Below, in pieces: positions 54,791 through 64,000 of a stretch of 64,000 nt of DNA (within the stretch, counting starts at the first letter, position 1; the number at the start of each line of letters is the position of its first letter). Source of the stretch: Camelus dromedarius (lineage: Eukaryota); the NCBI RefSeq assembly GCF_036321535.1, contig NC_087437.1:97342001-97406000 (forward strand), in the 5' to 3' direction. The position numbers and the translations under genes were made by a program. The notes under the pieces were generated by a model, which was given only the letters and a program-made list of their open reading frames with translations, was not told the DNA's origin and searched no databases.

Positions 54791-55252
54791 TTAAGAAAAT
54801 ATTTTAGTATTTTATTTAAAGATAGCATATGAAGATGACTCAACATTGACACCTTTCCTTAGAATACAGAATTAAGTATCTTTTTGAAAATTACCTCATC
54901 TAATTTTTCTATTGAATTATTCTCAGTTTTCTTTTCATCATGTAAAGTTCAGAAACAAACAGTAAAGACATAGTGTAATATTGGTAAAACAGTTATATCT
55001 TTTTTAGAAACTATCTTCCCATACTTCTCTTTGTAATTATCTTAACCCTACTTAATTAAAAACCCAGTTCAAGATTATATTAGATCAATTCTTCTAAAAT
55101 AGTTTTTCCCCCTTTTCCTCTTACTCCCAATTTATTTTACTTTTATTTTAAGTTGATTTTATTTTAAGTTGGTTTTAAGGATATCTTGGCCAATCCAAAG
55201 TCTCTCTTAAAACTTTGGACTCCGTATTCTATCCATTTCTTTCCCATTCCCC

Positions 55253-55494
55253 TTTATGGTAGATTAAAGATAATCACACATTCTTTAGATCTCCTTCTAT
55301 CAAGTTGTGAATTGGTGTCCATCTCATGACTTGTTTTGACCTATAGAAACGTGGTGGAGGAGACACTGTTTAACTTAAGAAGACTGGCCTTGAGAGTTCT
55401 GCGCCATTCACCTTCACTACTTGGGAAGCTGCTGTTGGAAGCCAAAGACCACCGAAGAAGTCTGACCACCCTAAGAACACATGAACCAGTCACA
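55253..55494 (+). mobile_element. MaLR LTR 5' part (MLT1G/H-like)
   Basis: ttatggtagattaaagat...tgacttgttttgacctatagaa...gaagaagtctgaccaccctaaga. Confidence 0.65.
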
Positions 55495-55994
55495 TGCGTG
55501 GGGTCTGGCAGATTCCCGCGCCCAGGCCTCTCAAGCGTCCAGTTGCTGCCCTTTAAAGATAATGAAGAATATTCCTTTCTTAATGGCTACGAGCCTTAGC
55601 TAAGCTACTCTAGACAATGATCAACCTCACAGTGACCAGAAGCCTAGCCACCAGGACCGGTCACGACCCCCCACTAAAATCCCTAGCCTTACGCTTTCAC
55701 AACCCGCTTCCTTCCCTGTTACCTCAACATCAACCAGTCAGAGAATTGTGCATGAGGGGATCATGCACCCTGTGAACACTGTTGTGCCTGATGTCACATC
55801 AGCTCAAGGAGTTAAAGGTTGCCCTCCCTGAAAGACCTCAGTACCTGACCCTCAGAGCTCACAGAGGCACCCCTCGTCTGTGTGACCTGCTGGTGTCTAC
55901 GGAGCATACCTAATAAAATCCTTTCCTATTTTCATCCTTTGTCTTTGGTAAATTCTTTTACCGCTCACTCACCAGCCCACCGAATCCCACAACA
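55495..55994 (+). mobile_element. Solo LTR, probably ERV1, relatively CpG-rich
   Basis: tgcgtgggg...cccacaaca termini; caaccagtcagagaattgtgcatgag; AATAAA near 55912; ttggtaaattcttttacc U5-like motif. Confidence 0.7.
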
Positions 55995-56394
55995 ACTTGG
56001 GGGAGGCAGCCCATGAAAGACTGACAAGTTACCTGACATGCAAGACACAGGAGGGTGTCATGGAAGAACAGGGGGATAGTTCAGCCTAATGGAGAAGACT
56101 ATACAGTAACAAAAGCAAGTGCTGAAAGGTCAGGGGGAAACTTAGGAGGCAGACAACTAACTTTAAAGATGAACCAGAGTTAATCACAGAGTAAAGGAAT
56201 CTATTAAACTTACAATTTACTCAGGTTTAGTCCTGATCTTGTCTTCTAATAAATGACACCACTTAAGTTTACGCCTACTTTTTTCAGCATTTAGAGGAAA
56301 ATGTATATGGTCCAAAATAAAGACCAAACAATCTAAATACTAAGAAAATTGAGGCTTTAGTTTTCCCTTGAGAATTAGATTTTAAGTTTAAATA

Positions 56395-56537
56395 TAGTCA
56401 CTCCTTGGTATCTATGGAGGACTGGTTCTAGGCACCACCTCCACCCCCCCCAAAAATCTGAGGATACCCAAGTCTCATGTAAAATGGCTAGTACATTTGG
56501 CTTTCTGCATCTGAGGATAGACAGGGGGTGCTGACTA
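56395..56537. mobile_element. TcMar-Tigger MITE (MER2-like), internally deleted
   Basis: tatagtcactccttggtatctatggaggactggttctagg...aaaatctgaggatacccaagtc...gggtgctgactata has TIRs with TA flanks. Confidence 0.7.
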
Positions 56538-56729
56538 TATACATTTTTAATTCAACTTTCAGATTCCTATTTTAGTCTCTGATAATGCCCTGCTATATCT
56601 TCTTAGTCACTGTCCTTTTTATGAACAAATATAAATTCTAAATTAAAACTAGCTCTTTGCCATTATGCTTACATCTCTTCTCATCTGTCTTCTCCATAAA
56701 ATTGGAAACTCATCAAGAAGGGCCATATT

Positions 56730-57791
56730 CAACTCATCTTCGACAAAGGAGGCAAGAATATACAATGGAATAAAGACAGTCTCTTCAGCAAATGGTGTTG
56801 GGAAAACTGGACAGCAGCATGTAAAACAATGAAGCTAGAACACTCCCTTACACCATATACAAAAATCAACTCAAAATGGATTAAAGACTTAAACATAAGA
56901 CAAGATACAATAAACCTCCTAGAGGAAAACATAGGCAAAACATTATCTGACATACATTTCAAAAATTTACTCCTAGAAGAAATAAAAGCAAGAATAAACA
57001 AATGGGACCTAATGAAACTTACAAGCTTCTGCACAGCAAAGGAAACCAGAAGTAAAACAAGAAGAAAACCTATGGAATGGGAGAAAATTTTTGCAAGTGA
57101 AACCGACAAAGGCTTGATCTCCAGAATATATAAGCAGCTCATACGGCTCAATAAGAAAAAAATAAACAACCCAATCCAAAAATGGGCAGAAGACCTAAAC
57201 AAGCAATTCTCCAAGGAAGACATACAAATGATCAGAAAGCACATGAAAAAATGCTCAATATCACTAATTATCAGAGAAATGCAAATCAAAACTACAGTGA
57301 GGTATCACCTCACACCAGTCAGAATGGCCGTCATTCAAAAATCCACAAATGACAAATGCTGGAGAGGCTGTGGAGAAAGGGGAACCCTCCTACACTGCTG
57401 GTGGGAATGCAGTTTGGTGCAGCCACTATGGAAAACAGTGTGGAGATTCCTCAAAAGACTAGGAATAGACTTACCATATGACCCAGGAATCCCACTCCTG
57501 GGCTTGTATCCAGAAGGAAATCTACTTCAGGATGACACCTGCACCCCAATGTTCATAGCAGCACTATTTACAATAGCCAAAACATGGAAACAGCCTAAAT
57601 GTCCATCAACAGGTGACTGGATAAAGAAGAGGTGGTATATTTATACAATGGAATACTACTCAGCCATAAAAACCGACAACATAATGCCATTTGCAGCAAC
57701 ATGGATGCTCCTGGAGAATGTCATTCTAAGTGAAGTAAGCCAGAAAGAGAAAGAAAAACACCATATGAGATCGCTCATATGTGGAATCTAA
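56730..57791 (+). pseudogene. LINE-1 ORF2p C-terminal fragment (open frame; lacks EN and RT)
   Basis: Frame open from [13 protein letters not shown] to SLICGI*, with intact Cys-rich motif [18 protein letters not shown]; the ORF track calls 56829-57791. Confidence 0.93.
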
Positions 57792-58104
57792 AAAACAAAA
57801 ACAAAAACAAAGCATAAATAAAGGACAGAAATAGACTCACAGACAGAGAATACAGACTTGTGGTTACCAGGGGGGTGGAGGTTGGGAAGGGATAGACTGG
57901 GATTTCAAAATTGTAGAATAGATAAACAAGATTACACTTTATAGCACAGGGAAATATACACAAAATGTTATGATAACTCACAGAGAAAAAAATGTGACAA
58001 TGAGTGTGTATATGTCCATGAATGACTGAAAAATTGTGCTGAACACTGGAATTTGACACAACATTGTAAAATGATTATAAATCAATAAAAAATGTTAAAA
58101 AAAA
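56731..58104 (+). mobile_element. Young 5'-truncated LINE-1 with a perfect 16-bp TSD
   Basis: TSD aagaagggccatattc at 56715-56730 and 58105-58120; ORF2 C-terminus, G-rich 3'UTR tract, AATAAA and A-tail. Confidence 0.98.
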
Positions 58105-60944
58105 AAGAAGGGCCATATTCTATTTATTTGTGTGTCTTCATTAGTTAGTAAAATAGTGAACACAAAATTATACCTGGTTGATTACAGTTGAATGAAAGGA
58201 TTGAAAGATCTTATATAATAAGAGAGACTAGCTGGGTAACTTATAAGTGGGACAGAAATAAGTTCAATAGTTATTATTTTTAAAAAATATATCCATCATA
58301 GTTATGCCAGGTAATTTGCAGAAACATGAAATGCATCAACTTGTTTCTAGAGATCTATTTTTAAGTTAATCATAAATCTACCAGGTATAAAATTTCTTAT
58401 TAATTGAACTTAATTGTAGTTACTTCCATTGCTTTACTTAAAGCAATTCATTATCTTTTATCAGTCAGACAAAATTCTGAATGCAGTTAATTTGCAGCCA
58501 CTATAATATCCTTTAAGTATATTAAATAAAAGGTAAGAGTAACCTTGAATTCACATAAGCAGCTGACTAATATCTCTTTCATACGCTACCGAAAGATATG
58601 CATCTTTAAATTATGAAATGAAACAGTATGCAATAAATTTACGCACTTCAAAAATTACATTTCTGAAGCACTCCTGAAGGTCTCTGTGGTATATGAGTTT
58701 GGACATACAACTTCCGTAGATAAGCACTTAATTATTCTCCCTCTAATTATTGTATTCTTCCTACAACCTTGAAAAAGCATTGCTTCTAAAGGATGCCTAA
58801 AATGAACCTTTTTCTACAATCATTTGCGCACCAAACTATTTTTCATGTTGGCGTTTCTGTTTCCTATACATCATCTCTAAAAGTTATCATTTTAATCCTA
58901 GAATAGTAGATCACATCCCTAAAAGGAAAGTTTCTTTTTGTCATAAAATACCATCACCCAGTATCTGTAATGCTTCTATTTATATTTCCAAGCTTACTTT
59001 AGCTGAACAGGATTTTTTTATTTAAAATCAAACACCCTCTAAAGAGTAAAACGATGGTTAGCTATTCAGCCTCATGTATTTAATTATGAGTGAAATCTTC
59101 TAAGTCAGCAAATTATGGATTAAAGGTATCCTTGCCAAAGGAATGGCACCTTTTATAGAAGGCAACACATTTCAGAGGTAATTATGGCTCATGAGACACC
59201 CTAGAGAAGTACAAAAATCGTTGGGGTCCCAAATGAGGGTTGGAGTTTGACAAGAGTGTGTACGCAGCTGCCTAACAAACAACTTTGGGTGGAGAATTAG
59301 GAAATGCACTCAAGTTGACATCAGGACACTATTTCTTCCTTTGCCACTTATTGCATGAAGTTAGATAAAACACTTTAACCGCTCTAAGGTAATTTCCTCA
59401 TTAGCCAGTGCCAAGAATACTAATTCAGAGTGTTGAGCAAAGAATTAATATGAAGGTGCAAGCAAAAGTATTATAAGACTTAGAACTATACACAAATATT
59501 AGATGACAGTAAATGACTGCAGAAGTTTATCTAGCACTAACTATAAATACATAATACATACATACAAACGTACGTACATAGGTAAGATCTATAAATCCTA
59601 AGGGGGAAAGCACGAGCTTAGACAGCAATATGCATAATTAGGCACTTTACAAACACTTGATTATGGTATTAATCATGCTGCCTACAGGAAATACAGCAAA
59701 TTTTTATATTTGCCCTTCATTTTTTGAAATGAAAAATATAGGTATTGAAATCTAGGTAGGAATTTTCAATCGAAACAGTATTTATATTTATTAACTGGGT
59801 TTAAAAATAGCACACAGAATGAAGCTCTTAATCAGGCTGAAAACAAGTTTGGTATTGATTTGAGTCCCTAATTTTCTTACACTTAGTAATCAAAGGCACA
59901 ATGTAAACTATTTTTAGGTTCTTTAAGCTAAGATGCCCTAAAACTTTTTGAAAAGAATTTGTGCCTCATAGACAAAAACAGCATCAACTATTGCTCAATA
60001 ATTTAAAAATACTGCATGCATAGTACTGTTTTTCAGATGACTAGAGCACCCATTGATGAATGAGCTTTCCTTCATGAGTACTTTACAAGCTGACAGATTA
60101 CTAACGATGCAACTCAGTTAGAAAAGGGGAAAATATAAGATGCCCAGAAATCTGTGATACTTTTAAATTTTGAAATTTATTTAACAAATATACACATTAG
60201 ATTTTTTTTTAAAAGTTACTCATCTTGTAAACATCAAAATGAACACAAAAGAAATTTAGTATTGTACAGTTGGCAGATATAAATATGAAGCAGCCTAATT
60301 TTACTGGCTTTGGTCTGAGGGTAATCATCATGTCCAAAATTTACATAGGGTGAAAAATAAAGTTCTTTGTTTTTCATTCCTCTAGTGCAAAAATATGCAT
60401 ATTTTTCATTCTAATGGCACATGCTATTACTCTGTGATCTATCTCCAGTGCTCCTGGCCTAGGCCAAATAGTGTCCCATCAACTTGACCAAATATACTTC
60501 AGCCTCTAATGGCTCTTTTTGACTACAACATTGAATTGTCTAAGCCAGTCTTTGCTTGATTCATTAAAAAAAAAAAAATCAAATTGGATCATGTCACCTC
60601 TTTAATGGCACTGTGTTGCCAAGTGGATCAATTCTAAATTCTCCAATACAATAATCTTCACAATGTGTCATTAGCTACTTTTTCCAGGATCATTACTAAC
60701 CACTTTTCTCCCTCGTGTCCATATGTAGTTTAATTCACAGCTGCTGCTATGAATTAATTCACAGGCACGCTGTGCCTTTTCACATTTCTGTATTTATCAC
60801 ATCTTTGACCAAGAATAATGTCCTATGCCTAAAATGTTATTCAATCTCAACTTTCTTAAAATATAAACACAGATATTGCCCTTCGTATGAAGCAACCTTG
60901 ACACATCTTCCTCAGGGACTTTTAATATTTTATATACACCACTA

Positions 60945-61075
60945 TGATACTGATATACATATATATGTAAGTATATATACAATATGTACTGTATATACCA
61001 TATATATACTATATACTGTATATACCATATACAATACATACTGTATATGCCACATATATTACACATACTGTATAA
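60945..61075. repeat. TA-rich degenerate minisatellite (about 22-24 bp unit containing actgtata)
   Basis: tactgtatataccatat recurs about four times with variation. Confidence 0.8.
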
Positions 61076-64000
61076 ATTATTTTTAATAATAAAAAATATG
61101 AACATTTTTCCTCCTCAACTGTCCTATACCACATGGAGAAGGTGTCTGCTATTTGTACCAGGTGTGTCCTGGCTGCCTTTATTAGGGCTAAATCTCACTA
61201 CAAGTGATAGTAGTATTAAAAGATATTTCCAAGAACTGTTAAAATCAAAATTCTCACACAAGAATAAAATAAAAATGTGTCAAAGGTTTCATTTAACTCA
61301 TTGATTAATGGAAGACTCACTAAAAGGTTACCACTGGCTCCCAGAAGAATTTGAAGTACTATATACTTAGGTCTTTCAGCAGAGCAAAATGAATATACAA
61401 ATAGAAAACTGACTTTTTCTGGTTTGGGGACACCAATTGCCCTCCATTTGCATGGTTATCTAACAATTTAGAGTTGCAATAGCTCAAAGACAATGAAAAT
61501 TGAGGATATTCTGGAAGAGTACACAGGCATTGAATAATGTATTATTTTTCTTTGACCATTTTTAAGTATTTCCCAATTTTACCTGATTAATAAAAATTTT
61601 TGAGCAAAACTTATATTTTACAATAAAATATTCATTAAGAGAACTAGGTGCAAGAGTAAGGAAATTATGCTCTTTTAAGTACCTAACATTGACATTGTTC
61701 ACTGGGGACATATACGGGAATTTAGAATATTTTTGAGAAGCTTAAAAGGATGCTACTCAAGCATAATATTTATTTGGAAAAATGCTTTAGTGAATTTATT
61801 TCTAACAGATAACGATTAGCTCTAAAGCCAACACGAGACAAACAATAAGTCATCTCTATTACAAGGGATGAATTCCTCCATGAATTTTATTCTAATCATG
61901 ACCACTGGAGAACTTTATTTTTTTAAAACCTACTCCAGCATCATCTTCTTAATATAACCTAACCTGTTAAATGCAAGAGACATCATCCCTTCCTCCTTGG
62001 CAATCCACAGTGCCTGTAGACACTTCTATGATAGCACAAATCCACACTTAATCCACTTATGTATTGCTTATTTCACCATTTTAGACACAAACTTCTTGAG
62101 GGTAGGATCTGTGTCTAATCCTCCTTGTTTTCCTCACATTTGTCACTACATCATTTTAAAATATGTTTGGTGAATCTCTGAATACAAAGGAATAATAAAT
62201 TTAAAATGACAAATTCATCTTTGAACACATTAATGGAAGCCTTTTTTCTTATTTTTGAACAAGGGACTTAATACATAAAATTAACCTAAATAAAGCAATG
62301 AGATAAAACAGAGAAAATTCTAAAATTAACATAATTTCATGAGCTATCTATACCTATTACCTCTTGTATTTACAAGATTAACTAGGTTATGCTAAGAATG
62401 TGAATACATGCTTTTTTAAGACAGTGTTAGACTGCTAAGAATTTGTAAATAATTAGTGTTCAACAGTAAGATAAAACTAAACTTGCAAAACAGTATTTAA
62501 AATTGTAAGTGTATTATACTATATACATTATATAAAATTATATATTTAAAATATATTTATATATTAGTAATAATACTTACTAGAGGATGAAGTATTTTCT
62601 GTATTGACTTTATATTATCTACCTGTCCCCTTACATAATTATGAGTAAAGCTTCTTATAGAAAACAAAAATAGCTTAAAACCTTACCTAATTTATTGTTC
62701 ATTTTCTGCTCAGACTCTGGAACTGGTAGAGTTTATGAGCTAAAGTTAATTATTAAAGGAATTATTAGCCCAAGTTATCTTGCATATTAATAGCTCTGGA
62801 TGTTATATCCAGAATTTGCATTAATCTAAGCTCTCAGGAAAGGAAAAAAAATGTAGTTTTTTCCCACAGATGTTGGGGTTCTGTTGCTCTGAGGCTGTGA
62901 ATCTACAAATTAATATTGATGTTTAACAGAGTTGACTAACACTAATCATATGCTTAGTATGTACCGCCATGGATAGACATGCTGTACATACATATTACTA
63001 CATTCTATTCTAACATCCTGTGGGGATGTACAGAGCCCCCCTTTTCTAAATGCAAAAAGGAAGGTTCAGAGACATCGAGTGTATCTTCCAAAATGAAACA
63101 GGTAGTGAATGCCTGACCAAGAAAAAGTCAAAGACTGACTCTAAGAAACACTCTCCTCAAGTAGCAAGAGAAGGGACTTAGAGCCTCTGACACAAGGGAG
63201 TGACTACACCCTTCTTGGAATCCAGAGCATATCACGAAGAAACCTTACTGCTTTTTCAATTTTGTATATTCAAATGTGAGAAACAGTTTATGATAATTAA
63301 AACATTAATTAGAGATGGAAATCTTCAAATCAGCTATATAACACGACAAGAAATGGCAAACACCCAAAAACGCAGAAATGATATTAAGTTTAGAAACAAA
63401 TTATAAGTTATTAAATTATTCAGACTAGATAGCAAATGAGGACAGCATTAAACTATAATGTAAAGCAGTGACTGAACCAGTGAAAACTGCCCCCGTGTAA
63501 CTCTGGGGTGGCCGAGCCAGGGAAGAAGCCTGGGAGAAGGCTTCTGTATTTTCGGAGGCTATGGGGGATGGCAGACTGTGAGAGTGCACAGCTGTGCCCC
63601 TCTACCTGGAGAGTGAGGGCAGCAAAGTATCTGAACAATAACCAAGCACCGGGGAGACGCAGGGTTGAGATGGGAGAAGAGTCAGACAGTGCAACTTTGA
63701 CTCCTACTAGCCCATGTCCACAAGGCTGTTGGGTGCGATACTAGTTTGGCCAGATGCTGGGGTGCCCGTTCCTGTAACGCTTCCTTTTTCAGTCAGAGAG
63801 CAGTCAGAAAACAGATGACACCTTCACATGGAGGTACTTAAGGGGAACTTAATTAAGGGGGTACCCCCTGGAGCTGTGGGCAGAAATGGATGACACTTTC
63901 AGAAATGGTACAATACTCCAGGTGGAAAGGAGTAAAGTTGAGAGGGGATATTTGAAACTGTAGAGAGCTTGTGTAAGTTTAACTACACTTCTGGTGATAG

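Noticed and set aside
56729..57289. 186-aa minus-strand ORF
   Set aside because: Antisense shadow of L1 ORF2, commonly open in L1 sequence; no independent evidence
60715..61304. Three Tyr/Ile-rich ORFs of 102-123 aa
   Set aside because: Translations of the TA-rich minisatellite
1..64000. Inferring a host-gene strand from L1 orientation (6 plus, 3 minus)
   Set aside because: Too few elements to be informative, and no exon was identified

Overview
AT-rich mammalian non-coding DNA, either an intron of a large gene or intergenic. It is most likely camelid (camel/alpaca/llama): four tRNA-derived SINEs match the camelid Vic-1-type SINE as I recall it. I found no protein-coding exon, RNA gene, CRISPR array or CpG island that I can support. 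The only ORFs with recognisable homology are LINE-1 ORF2 remnants. The window is a mosaic of L1, L2, MIR, SINE, ERV1/ERVL/MaLR solo LTRs, hAT/Tigger DNA-transposon fossils and microsatellites. Subfamily names come from memory of consensus sequences, not from a search. The most unusual items are: a perfect 47-bp inverted repeat with a 4-nt spacer (12142-12239); a young 5'-truncated L1 with a perfect 16-bp TSD, an open ORF2 C-terminus and apparent in-frame deletions (56731-58104); an (ATCT)n tract between 24-bp direct repeats; and a solo LTR with clean TSDs inside a MIR, with a related LTR 10 kb away. I see no evidence for a novel multi-gene system.
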